Part shown: piece by piece, positions 26,136 to 35,079 of the stretch | Layout: every line of letters begins with the position of its first letter | How positions within the stretch are numbered: the first letter of the stretch is position 1 | Virus record (IMG/VR): IMGVR_UViG_3300027708_000012 | Location: 248,001-312,000 of that record | Length of the DNA stretch: 64,000 bases | Reading direction: 5' to 3' (one strand) | The notes under the pieces: generated by a model | The model's input: only the letters and a program-made list of their open reading frames with translations | Databases searched by the model: none | Told to the model about the DNA's origin: nothing | Position numbers and translations under genes: made by a program

Positions 26136-26807
26136 TCACCAAAAAATTATTCCACTATCATTTTGTAGATTAACATGCATTTGCATTGTTAACCTCATAT
26201 CGTTCGAATCTGATAATGAAAATGGTGCAATACTATGTACTAATTTAGATGGCCACATTGCCATCATACCTTGTGTATAACAGAATTCCTCGTCAGTATC
26301 TACCTGATAATTTCTAGGAATTTTTCCTATTGTGTTATCATATAACAATGATCCACCACTGTTTGGCAATACAATAGGAATTATAATTGATTCTAATTTT
26401 CCAGGATTTAATAAATCTTTTAATTTTGGAAATTGATCTATATGAAAATTAACATATGGAAATTTAACATTTCTGTTTCCAATATTATTTAAAAATACAT
26501 GGAATCCTGGAAATTGTAAATTAGGCGAATAATTTATAGGAATATTATAATAAGATGAAAGTTTATTTTTTATTTTATCATAATAATAAGAAAAATGTTC
26601 TAACATTATTTCGTTATTAGCCGTTATCTCTTTTTCGGAAAAATGAAAAGTATACGCTCCTGGTGGAAGTACACTAGAAAATACTGTTGGATTGATATGT
26701 TTTTCTCTTACACTTTTCCAATGAGATTTTAACATAAAAACTTTTGTTTTTATATCATCTAATTCAGATTGATCGAAAAAATTATTATCAATAACAACAG
26801 GTTTCAT
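26136..26807 (-). CDS. 2OG-Fe(II) oxygenase-like protein
   Basis: FHID...VHSI...RLTMQMH. Confidence 0.65.
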   Translation of the reverse strand: MKPVVIDNNFFDQSELDDIKTKVFMLKSHWKSVREKHINPTVFSSVLPPGAYTFHFSEKEITANNEIMLEHFSYYYDKIKNKLSSYYNIPINYSPNLQFPGFHVFLNNIGNRNVKFPYVNFHIDQFPKLKDLLNPGKLESIIIPIVLPNSGGSLLYDNTIGKIPRNYQVDTDEEFCYTQGMMAMWPSKLVHSIAPFSLSDSNDMRLTMQMHVNLQNDSGIIFW

Positions 26808-26811
26808 TTTA

Positions 26812-26819
26812 TATTTATA
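26812..26819 (-). promoter_or_regulatory. T4-type late promoter
   Basis: Exact TATAAATA just upstream of the 26807 start. Confidence 0.65.
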
Positions 26820-26820
26820 C

Positions 26821-26896
26821 TGGCTCCCCAGCGTGGGATCGAACCACGGACACCTTGATTAACAGTCAAGTGCAACTACCGCTGTGCTACTGGGGA
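26821..26896 (-). tRNA. tRNA-Asn(GTT)
   Basis: Cloverleaf, loop CTGTTAA, G73, CCA. Confidence 0.95.
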
Positions 26897-27556
26897 ATAA
26901 AATTTGTTCTTTTTACTTATGACTAGGCGACTTGGCCAGTCTACAGTTTTGTTATATAAATTCATTGTTGTTGAGTTTATACTTACAATACTAAGATACG
27001 GATCTATTGATGACACAATGTCTTCAACAGATAATTGATGTGGTATGATACTTAAATTTAAAGCAGACAATTTTAATAATGTGTCAGTTGACATACTTTT
27101 AAAGTCTCTTCCTGAAATGCTTAACCAAATACCGTTAGGTCTAAGCACTCTAGATACAGATTTAGCAAATGCATGTCTTAGAGAACTATCTAAATCGTAT
27201 GTATGAAAACAGCCTCGATCTACTACGTAGTCAAAACTATTTTCTTCAAAACTATTTTTTAAAATATCAGTTGCTTGCAATTTAATTTTTGCATTTTCTT
27301 TTTTAGAAAGAGCAGAAATAATTGCTACATCAGATATATCTATTGCTGTTACATCTAATCCTCTTTGTTGTAACCAAACAGCATTTACAGGATCAGCGCC
27401 GCAACCTAATTCAAGTACAGTACCGCTAACTATATTTTGTTTAGAAAACCAATCTACAATATTGTGATCTACATCACCTTCCCAAGGATGGCTGGATGCA
27501 TTTGCAAAAATGCTATTCCATTTTTCTGTATTTTCTAAATTATTGTAGTTTGTCAT
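26876..27556 (-). CDS. class I SAM-dependent methyltransferase (TPMT/TehB-like)
   Basis: VLELGCG, IDIS, FDYVVDRGCFH, LRPNG. Confidence 0.85.
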   Translation of the reverse strand: MTNYNNLENTEKWNSIFANASSHPWEGDVDHNIVDWFSKQNIVSGTVLELGCGADPVNAVWLQQRGLDVTAIDISDVAIISALSKKENAKIKLQATDILKNSFEENSFDYVVDRGCFHTYDLDSSLRHAFAKSVSRVLRPNGIWLSISGRDFKSMSTDTLLKLSALNLSIIPHQLSVEDIVSSIDPYLSIVSINSTTMNLYNKTVDWPSRLVISKKNKFYSPVAQR

Positions 27557-27569
27557 TTTTCACTCAATT

Positions 27570-27644
27570 TGGCGGCTCCAAGGGGAATCGAACCCCTATT
27601 AATGGCGTGACAAGCCACCGTACTAACCATTATACTATGAAGCC
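27570..27644 (-). tRNA. tRNA-Asp(GTC)
   Basis: Cloverleaf, loop TTGTCAC, G73, CCA. Confidence 0.95.
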
Positions 27645-27651
27645 TAAAACT

Positions 27652-27737
27652 TGGTGGAGTATCCTGGGATCGAACCAGGCGTGCCATTACGACGGCGGAT
27701 TTACAGTCCACTGCATCACCATTGATGCTTCTACTCC
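27652..27737 (-). tRNA. tRNA-Tyr(GTA)
   Basis: Long variable arm, loop CTGTAAA, CCA. Confidence 0.9.
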
Positions 27738-27745
27738 ATGTCTCT

Positions 27746-27774
27746 ATTGTAACACTCTCCTTTGACTATGTCAA
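27746..27774 (-). promoter_or_regulatory. sigma70 promoter in front of the first tRNA
   Basis: TTGACA-17-TACAAT with TGn extension. Confidence 0.75.
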
Positions 27775-27796
27775 GCACTATTTCAGGTAGTGTTGG

Positions 27797-27964
27797 AAAG
27801 TGTGTATTAAAGCACTCTACATGGATGAACCCACTTGCCCTAAGGCCTGAGAATGCTTTAATACGCTACGATTTTTCGCTCCAGAAGAGGAGTTTCATCC
27901 CGTAGGCCGCCCATTCGCCCATGTTTTAAGTGCAGGCTAGGATCTCGTTTCCTATACACACTTT
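27797..27964 (-). ncRNA. ~168-nt multi-stem RNA
   Basis: Outer stem AAAGUGUGUA/UACACACUUU; inner GCGUAUUAAAGCAUUCU/AGAGUGCUUUAAUACAC; further hairpins. Confidence 0.55.
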
Positions 27965-27970
27965 GCGATA

Positions 27971-28123
27971 CTAACGACTCTCTACCAGAGTCTCTCGCTT
28001 TTTTAAAGCATTCATGTATTCAATTGCACGTTTCATCTTTTCTTGTATCAACTTTTGTTGATCTTCCTTAGATAAGGTATACAATTTCATCCACTCTGCT
28101 TGTTTTTCTTGTTTCTCTTTCAT
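27971..28123 (-). CDS. small charged helical protein (50 aa, MKEKQEKQAEWM...)
   Basis: Hand-translated ORF with CAGGAGA RBS right after the attenuator terminator. Confidence 0.65.
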   Translation of the reverse strand: MKEKQEKQAEWMKLYTLSKEDQQKLIQEKMKRAIEYMNALKKRETLVESR

Positions 28124-28135
28124 GTTTCTCCTGCG

Positions 28136-28172
28136 AAAAACAAAAAACCCCAGGGTTTTTAATCCTAGGGTC
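28136..28172 (-). terminator. attenuator terminator hairpin
   Basis: ACCCUAGG-loop-CCUGGGGU followed by UUUUUGUUUUU. Confidence 0.75.
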
Positions 28173-28199
28173 CTTGAAGTTTGCGGTGTATGTTTTACT

Positions 28200-28346
28200 T
28201 TACACTACGTCCTCCCGGACCCTTGAAATCTCTGGTGTACGATCATATGATAAACTTCCGCTATTAATCGCTGACCAAGAACAGGCTATAACGCCTGCCT
28301 GTTTGGGCATCGTATTAAACAGCTGATGTCTAAAATTTGATTGCAT
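28200..28346 (-). CDS. putative leader peptide (48 aa, MQSNFRHQLF...RVREDVV*)
   Basis: ORF between a sigma70 promoter and the terminator; its 3' end carries the anti-terminator arm AGGGUCC. Confidence 0.6.
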   Translation of the reverse strand: MQSNFRHQLFNTMPKQAGVIACSWSAINSGSLSYDRTPEISRVREDVV

Positions 28347-28401
28347 TTTGTTTCTCGTTTATCTCTTTAAAATTTGCTAGCTCTATTGCTAACTAGTCTC
28401 T

Positions 28402-28534
28402 ATTGTAGCACCTGCTACGTCTGTTGTCAAACAGTTTTGGTAAAATACTTTGTTGTATTTTTACAACGATATTTTATTTATCCTTTTATGTTAACAACAG
28501 TGTTTATTATACATTTATTTAGTCTCTGTGTCAA
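28402..28534 (-). promoter_or_regulatory. tandem sigma70 promoters driving the leader
   Basis: TTGACA-17-TACAAT (28402-28430) and TTGACA-17-TATAAT (28506-28534), both with TGn. Confidence 0.8.
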
Positions 28535-29723
28535 GCAGATAATTATTTTCTTTAAGAAATTCTTGTGCTTGTTTCCAAACTTTGTTATCTTCATCTAAAA
28601 AACCTCTGCCAGTATAACATCGATACCGTCTTTCTAAATTTATCTTAGAATCTGCTTCTGTTTTTCTAAATGCACCAGTTCGATTTAATATTTTATTTTT
28701 AATATCATCTCTAGTGCTATTATGCATGATTGTTTGATGTCTGTCACTCCCTATGGCACAAACGCTGTAATCTGTCCATTGTACTCTATGTTTATAATTT
28801 AATTTTGTTGCTTGTAGACTCACTCTAATAAATCCGGGTATGTAATAGTTATTACATGTATAGCCCAATGGAGTTGTAAAAGTTTCCCATTTTTTTGATT
28901 TTGATGCTAGTAATCCATGTACTCTATTGTATGTATCTATGTCGCCCTCGGTATAGCATAGATCAATATCATTGGGGTTCCAAGAAACTTTTCCGTATTC
29001 TAGTGCTATAAGATATGTTAGCGATCCACCGATCATATAGAATCCTTTTTCAAAGTCTGTTTGAAGGAATTCATGAATGAATTTTACTTGTTCTTTGATT
29101 GTTATCGGATATTCAGGTTCTTGAATCTTATTTTGCTCAAATCCCCATTTTCGTTCGTTGCAACCATTGCACTCGTTACATCGACCCATTTCTAATCTAG
29201 AACAACTATGAGTTATTGGAAACAAATCCCGGCGATGTGTTTGCACACATAAATTTATTATATGTCCTTTATTTAAATTTTGTAATGGAGTTTTAAAATG
29301 TTCGTTTTCTTTTGAAGGAATAGGTTGCCAGTTAACCATATGTTGAGGAAGCTGTTCGATTACTCCACAATATACAACATCAAACCCTAAGGTGTGTGCT
29401 TCCTTAACTGCTGACTTTACTTGTTCGTCTTCTGGCAAAGTGTTGTCGCCTACAATGGTAACAGGAGTTTGGGGCAAGTTGTGAATTTCATGTATTTTAT
29501 CAACTACACCTTGCGCAAAATACTTAGATCCTTCTTTTCGCATGACAGTTAAAGGTGTAATAGTGTGTAGTTCGTTAGTAAATCTATTTTCTAAATGTAT
29601 CAAATAATATAATAACGCACTATCTATGCCACCACTAACTAATACTGCTATTTTACTAGGTGAGTCTGGAAGTGTTAGATTAAAAATTCTTCTATCGTTT
29701 AATGATCCGCATGTAATATTCAT
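28515..29723 (-). CDS. QueC-like PP-loop ATPase fused to a nucleotidyltransferase-like domain
   Basis: SGGIDS and SC-x6-CNECNGC; C-terminal IGGS...NDIDL motif. Confidence 0.6.
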   Translation of the reverse strand: MNITCGSLNDRRIFNLTLPDSPSKIAVLVSGGIDSALLYYLIHLENRFTNELHTITPLTVMRKEGSKYFAQGVVDKIHEIHNLPQTPVTIVGDNTLPEDEQVKSAVKEAHTLGFDVVYCGVIEQLPQHMVNWQPIPSKENEHFKTPLQNLNKGHIINLCVQTHRRDLFPITHSCSRLEMGRCNECNGCNERKWGFEQNKIQEPEYPITIKEQVKFIHEFLQTDFEKGFYMIGGSLTYLIALEYGKVSWNPNDIDLCYTEGDIDTYNRVHGLLASKSKKWETFTTPLGYTCNNYYIPGFIRVSLQATKLNYKHRVQWTDYSVCAIGSDRHQTIMHNSTRDDIKNKILNRTGAFRKTEADSKINLERRYRCYTGRGFLDEDNKVWKQAQEFLKENNYLLDTETK

Positions 29724-29800
29724 CTTGTATATATCATTATAATTTTAATCGTAAAAAAAGGCTACCAAAGTAGCCTTTTTATAATTCTAAAAATTAAGAA

Positions 29801-30364
29801 TTAAAATGAACGTGTATAAAACACGTTGTAACCATCTTGACGTGAATCACCTGTGATCTTGTCGAAACGGAAACCAACTGCATTTTGTTTGTTGATTGCG
29901 TATGAAACACCAAGACGAAGTGTATCAGTTGTGTCGTTGTTTACATTAGGATTGCTAACAGACGTACGGAAACGATATCCTACTTGTGCTGTAAGACCAG
30001 TGTTACCAATTGGAGCTTTAACTCCTGGCTCTACTGAATAATATGCAAACTGACCGTTTGTGCTGTACTTGTTACCAACAGCAACTTTAGTGTAACCAAG
30101 AACTGGGCCATACAACGGAACAGTTGCAGTACCACCAACTTCTAATCGTGTACTAACTGCATTTGTAGTATCAGTTTGTGTAGACGATAGTTGTGTATGA
30201 ACACTGAATGTGCTGTTGATTGACTCACTTAATGTAAAATTAGTATTCATTTGATCTTTACCACCGTTTTTAGTGTCTAATTGAGCACCTTCGATTGTAA
30301 CTGATCCAGCAAATACCATTCCACTAATTGCCAAAGCAACCAAACCTGTTAAAATTTTCTTCAT
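29801..30364 (-). CDS. outer-membrane beta-barrel / porin-like protein
   Basis: Signal peptide, amphipathic strands, C-terminal YTRSF. Confidence 0.7.
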   Translation of the reverse strand: MKKILTGLVALAISGMVFAGSVTIEGAQLDTKNGGKDQMNTNFTLSESINSTFSVHTQLSSTQTDTTNAVSTRLEVGGTATVPLYGPVLGYTKVAVGNKYSTNGQFAYYSVEPGVKAPIGNTGLTAQVGYRFRTSVSNPNVNNDTTDTLRLGVSYAINKQNAVGFRFDKITGDSRQDGYNVFYTRSF

Positions 30365-30452
30365 TTCTATTTCCTTTTTTTAAATGACTCGATGTCATTG
30401 ACTATTATATATGCCTTTGCATCAGATAGTCAAGAATATTTAACCCAATGTA

Positions 30453-31637
30453 TCAAGTAGTTAAACTACTAGTTTTCTTAAAAATATATATTCCTTCGCT
30501 TTTATACCCATTTTGCAACTTGTTATTACCTGCGCCTGGGCGTACATTTAGGGTCATATTTACAGTTTCTACATATCTAAACCCTAATTTCTTACTCATG
30601 TCAATCCAACGATCGACAATTTGAAATTGTTCATTTCCAGATTTATAATCTGCAATATTCACAGCGTATATTGCATCATCTGCTAGTGCTTTATTCAACA
30701 TTTTTACAGTGGGTTCTGCATATAGGTCAAACCATGCATCTAAATTAGTACAACGATTCATACATTGTGTAGGTTCATCGCTATACGTTTCTAAATTAAA
30801 ATAGGGTGGGCTTGAAAATGCCGCATCATATTTGCCTGGTTCTGGATCAAAGTCTTCACTAGGAATATTATGCATCTCATAGCCTGCACCTTGTCTGCAC
30901 TCTGTCATTAGTTCGCCCAATGCTTGTAAACCTTGGAATGTTTTTGTATTAGGATCAATACCGGTATAATGATATTTCATCTTACTACTCATTGCACCCA
31001 TCATTCTACCACCATAGCCGCTACTAAAGTCTAAAACATTTCCACCCATCATAACTGGACAGATATATTCCCATACGGCGCGAGCATTCATAGGTTTAAA
31101 GTTTTGTATACTACCACCACTTACTAATTCTAATGCTCTTCGAATATTATGTGGCAATACAGCATGTTCGCTTTCATCTCTGTGTACATAACACAAGTTA
31201 ATTGCACGTTTTAATTTATTGTCATTATTAAAACGCCCACGTAGACTAACTTCTTTGTCTTTACGTGTAAACGCATCTTGCATATTTTCAAACCAAAATC
31301 TTCCTAACTTTAAACCTTCATTGTTTCCTACGGCTAGTGTTTTATTTTCTATTTTTTTCTTTTTATCTGCAAGTTCAAAAATTTGATCAACACACCCTTC
31401 AAGATTATAGTAGTTGATTGGCAAAATATTGATGCCACGATAAATGTCAAAAACTTCCTGTTGTATTGCAACTTTGCCTGCATCATCCGCACTCGTCCAT
31501 AGTTCTTTACTCAGTTGTCTTAAACGAGCTTCGACATTCTCATAACCAGTTACTATCTTAGTATTAGGAGTAACTCCCCACTGGCTACAAAGATAGTTGT
31601 AGTAGTTAATTATTATTGGATTTGTAATGGGTTGCAT
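30453..31637 (-). CDS. DNA amino-methyltransferase
   Basis: LDFSSGYGGR (motif I), FSSPPY (motif IV). Confidence 0.8.
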   Translation of the reverse strand: MQPITNPIIINYYNYLCSQWGVTPNTKIVTGYENVEARLRQLSKELWTSADDAGKVAIQQEVFDIYRGINILPINYYNLEGCVDQIFELADKKKKIENKTLAVGNNEGLKLGRFWFENMQDAFTRKDKEVSLRGRFNNDNKLKRAINLCYVHRDESEHAVLPHNIRRALELVSGGSIQNFKPMNARAVWEYICPVMMGGNVLDFSSGYGGRMMGAMSSKMKYHYTGIDPNTKTFQGLQALGELMTECRQGAGYEMHNIPSEDFDPEPGKYDAAFSSPPYFNLETYSDEPTQCMNRCTNLDAWFDLYAEPTVKMLNKALADDAIYAVNIADYKSGNEQFQIVDRWIDMSKKLGFRYVETVNMTLNVRPGAGNNKLQNGYKSEGIYIFKKTSSLTT

Positions 31638-32811
31638 AAATGCTTTTTATCTTTTCAATATGTTTAACATTTGGCACTAGTTGCCAAAACTCTACACCAT
31701 TTGCAGGACTAGTTTCTTTTAGAATACATACTAATTTATCGTATGCAGGTTCCTTGCTCCAAACTTTGTTGATCTTCTCAAACTCTTTTTCATCTTTAAC
31801 AGTGATCCAAAGTGTAGTGTGTCCTAGTGCAACATCAGGTCCGGCAAATTTAATAATACTCTTTTGCCCGCGATTGCCGTTTTTACTTACTACCAGTTTG
31901 TTTACACCTAGTCCGTCACGTTCTGAAACAATACGTTTGCTTACTTTAAACTCTTGCCCATAGTTTGATTCTTCGTTACCTACGCCAAAAATTACTAGTT
32001 GATGACCTTTGTTATTACGGCAAGTTTCACGACTAAGGCTACCATAGTTAGCTGTATAACCATCCAAATTCAATGCCAATACTTCGCTGGCATACAAATA
32101 GCCTGTTAAGTCCGCACCTGGTAAGAAAGTAGGTTTAGCAATAGTAACATATTGTTCGCCATCTGTAAACCTCACTCCTGCCGTTTTCTTTGTACGACTA
32201 AAATACATAACACACAATGGCACAAGACTCTTTTGGCTAATGCCTAAAAATCTGTATGTGTAAATGTCATCAATACGTTTTGACTCGTAGGCATTTTTAT
32301 TTGCACGAGTTACAACCAATACTGCTTCGCTTAGATTTTTATAAAAAGGAATAAAGTTATTGGTTGTTTCAAAGTCAATTGATGATATTGTGTACTTGGT
32401 AGTAAACTGTCTTTTGAAACAATCTTCGTTTGCTACATTAACTGGAAAATCATTATTGCCTAATGCCCGCAACAAGTTAGCACGAGCAATGCGTGTTTGT
32501 GTTCGGTCAATGTCGCTTAGGAACAACTGGTTGCGAAAAATGTGATCTAGTCGTGCTTGCTCATCAGGGATAGCCTTAGACAGAGTTGTCATAAGTTTAT
32601 CAGCAAGTGACAACATAATAGAACCAGTGCCGCATTGGGGATCTTGGTATGTTGTAGTAGGATCGGCTAAATCCTTAGCATCAATCATGCTGAGAACAGT
32701 CCTAGTACGTTCTGTACTAAGAATGATCTGTGTTCCTTCTCTGTTGAACAGTGGAATCTGTTGAATTACTTTTTTAATATTATTGCAAAGCATTATACTG
32801 TCCAATCGCAC
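31606..32811 (-). CDS. N6-DNA-methylase-like protein lacking an obvious NPPY motif
   Basis: YQDPQCGTGS motif I; no (D/N/S)PP(Y/F) seen. Confidence 0.6.
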   Translation of the reverse strand: MRLDSIMLCNNIKKVIQQIPLFNREGTQIILSTERTRTVLSMIDAKDLADPTTTYQDPQCGTGSIMLSLADKLMTTLSKAIPDEQARLDHIFRNQLFLSDIDRTQTRIARANLLRALGNNDFPVNVANEDCFKRQFTTKYTISSIDFETTNNFIPFYKNLSEAVLVVTRANKNAYESKRIDDIYTYRFLGISQKSLVPLCVMYFSRTKKTAGVRFTDGEQYVTIAKPTFLPGADLTGYLYASEVLALNLDGYTANYGSLSRETCRNNKGHQLVIFGVGNEESNYGQEFKVSKRIVSERDGLGVNKLVVSKNGNRGQKSIIKFAGPDVALGHTTLWITVKDEKEFEKINKVWSKEPAYDKLVCILKETSPANGVEFWQLVPNVKHIEKIKSIYATHYKSNNN

Positions 32812-34996
32812 GATTTAAACTGGTTGTGTCAATGGCTGGCAAAACTTTACACCATTCTTTAGGAGTGATGCCTGTTACATCTTCAACTAGTTCAAAATCG
32901 CTAGAATTAATTATATCCTCAATACGTTTAATTTCCCAACCTTCTGACCAAGCAATGTTAATCAATTCGTAAATTTGTTTAACAGCAAATCTAAGTCGTT
33001 GCACAGCATCCTCAATTGGATCAACGGCTTGGTTCTTTTTAGTGCCAGGCAATGGATTGATAGTTTTCTTATTAGAGCCAGCTAGTACGTCATTTGTATT
33101 TAATTTACTAGTAGCTGTAACTTGATTACTGTCTTTCTTTAATGATGCAACAATGGCCATAATCTCAGCTGTAATGCCATTGCGGTCAATTGCTTGGCTC
33201 AAACGTTCCATGTGATTGTTAATGTCGCTGAGGAAACGTTCACTAATATCTTCACCTGTAAGCATGTTCCATTGATTACCAGTGTAGTCGTAAACTTCAC
33301 TAACATCCAGCCATTCTGTGATTAGTGTATTAGTAGCTGTACCTGTAATTGTACTGACTTGTTCGCAATGCTGATAAACAACACTGACAAGACGTTCAGG
33401 TGCATAGTCAAATACTAGTACACTTTCCTTCTCACCTTTAGCCCACGGAGTTTTACAACGGAAACAGCCTTGGAAGTAATCGCTAGCACTCTTGTCGTTG
33501 TTCATTTGATGCACACTCCACCATTCGGGAATACTAGTTCCTTCAAGGAAACGCCCGCAAGTTAGTGTAATAGTACCAAGCCCGCCTTCGATAGTGTCAC
33601 GTTGAATCAAATCTTTAACAGTTTGAATGTCTTTAACACCTTTGCCGCTAGCATTAATAATTCGTCGCTTGCCAAAAAATTGATGTTGTTTCAACATCTT
33701 TTCCAATGCGGCAATTGCAGCAACATCGTTTGGCAATACCCAAAGAGTGTGTCGGCTAACTTTGTCTGCAAAACTAATAAAACGTTTTGGTGGTTTCTTG
33801 TAAGTTGTCACAGCAAATGACAAAAATTCATTTACAGCCATTGTGTTTTTAAATGTGCCTTGCTCAGTGGCAAATAGTTTAGGAAATGTAAAGCCATCTT
33901 CGCCTAAGAGATCTTTAACCTTGTCTGGAACATTAACCATGGCATAGTTAATATCGGCACGATACTTGAATTGCTTGGCAAGAACTGTATCAGGAGTCAA
34001 CAATGCTTGTTTACGCAACTGTTGTTCTTCAACATAGTCAAAGTTATAAATTAGATCTTGTTCATAACGTCCACTAAGCACAGTCTTATAAGGTGTACCA
34101 CTCAATTCAACTTTCTTACTGAATTTTAATTTGTCCCACAATCGTTGTGTGTTGTCAGTAGTGGTTGCATAATGTTGCTCATCGAATGCTACCAAATCCC
34201 AATACACATTAAAGATATCTTTAAGCAGCTTATTAGGATTATCAAAATGTTTGTTAATAAATTGCAAACTGACAAATACTACATTTACAGGTCGTTCGCA
34301 CTTTAGCGTTTTAACTCGTTTGTAATCATGATATTGCCAGTCAGCATAGTTAACGTGACTTTCTTCTCCGTTAGGCAACAACGCACTCCAGCTGTCATTG
34401 ACACCAACTTTGGCCGTAACTACCAGTACAGTCTTTGCTTTTTGTGCTCGAGCAATTTCATAAGTCATAAAACATTTGCCAGCCCGCATAATAGCATTGA
34501 CCAGAATGTCATTTTTAGTTTTAAATTTATCAACAGCCCAGTCAACAATTTTTTGTTGGTAAGGAAATGCAGGAAAGTCTTCCAAGGCCATAACACCGTG
34601 ACGAACTTCGTTAATAAGTTGTTTACCAATATTAACTACATTGTCTACACTTTCTTGTTTTGGATCAAAGAACCATTCAGATGCGGTATTATCGCTAGGT
34701 ACCCACATACCCATACGTTTTTGTTTTGGGTGTAGCACACTTTGTTCTAGTTGACGGAGTTTACTCAAACTTTCGTGCTTGTCGCCCGTTTCACATATAT
34801 CACTTACATCTTCAACCCAGAGGATTTCGTAAGGATCGGCAGAATTTGCAGCTGTTAGCTGTTCTTTAATTCGAATTTCGGCTGCCTCATGAGCACTATT
34901 GGCTTTACGTCTAGCAGAGCCATTTTTAACCTGATGCGCTTTTCGATTTAGCTTAGTAGTATACCAATACATCACGCTATAATACTGCATCTTCAC
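32780..34996 (-). CDS. SF2 helicase / restriction-subunit-like protein
   Basis: Walker A AGKCFMT, DEQH, LSGTP; N-terminus resembles a T5orf172/GIY-YIG-like domain. Confidence 0.75.
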   Translation of the reverse strand: MKMQYYSVMYWYTTKLNRKAHQVKNGSARRKANSAHEAAEIRIKEQLTAANSADPYEILWVEDVSDICETGDKHESLSKLRQLEQSVLHPKQKRMGMWVPSDNTASEWFFDPKQESVDNVVNIGKQLINEVRHGVMALEDFPAFPYQQKIVDWAVDKFKTKNDILVNAIMRAGKCFMTYEIARAQKAKTVLVVTAKVGVNDSWSALLPNGEESHVNYADWQYHDYKRVKTLKCERPVNVVFVSLQFINKHFDNPNKLLKDIFNVYWDLVAFDEQHYATTTDNTQRLWDKLKFSKKVELSGTPYKTVLSGRYEQDLIYNFDYVEEQQLRKQALLTPDTVLAKQFKYRADINYAMVNVPDKVKDLLGEDGFTFPKLFATEQGTFKNTMAVNEFLSFAVTTYKKPPKRFISFADKVSRHTLWVLPNDVAAIAALEKMLKQHQFFGKRRIINASGKGVKDIQTVKDLIQRDTIEGGLGTITLTCGRFLEGTSIPEWWSVHQMNNDKSASDYFQGCFRCKTPWAKGEKESVLVFDYAPERLVSVVYQHCEQVSTITGTATNTLITEWLDVSEVYDYTGNQWNMLTGEDISERFLSDINNHMERLSQAIDRNGITAEIMAIVASLKKDSNQVTATSKLNTNDVLAGSNKKTINPLPGTKKNQAVDPIEDAVQRLRFAVKQIYELINIAWSEGWEIKRIEDIINSSDFELVEDVTGITPKEWCKVLPAIDTTSLNRAIGQYNALQ

Positions 34997-35019
34997 TCCA
35001 ATTTACTGTTAATGTAATT

Positions 35020-35048
35020 ATTATACACTCAATATTTAAACAAGTCAA
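35020..35048 (-). promoter_or_regulatory. sigma70 promoter for the helicase-methylase operon
   Basis: TTGACT-17-TATAAT. Confidence 0.7.
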
Positions 35049-35055
35049 CCATAAA

Positions 35056-35078
35056 GAAACCCGCCGAAGCGGGTTCTA
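35056..35078 (-). terminator. intrinsic terminator after tmRNA
   Basis: AACCCGC-UUCG-GCGGGUU followed by a U-rich tail. Confidence 0.8.
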
Positions 35079-35079
35079 C

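Noticed and set aside
13025-27737. Stop-codon reassignment or suppressor tRNA
   Set aside because: No CTA, TTA or TCA anticodon among the 29 tRNAs, and conserved genes are full length in the standard code
27868-27905. Hammerhead-like GAUGAAA-stem-CGAAA
   Set aside because: The CUGANGA core is absent (GGGAUGAA instead) and no stem III with a cleavage triplet is evident
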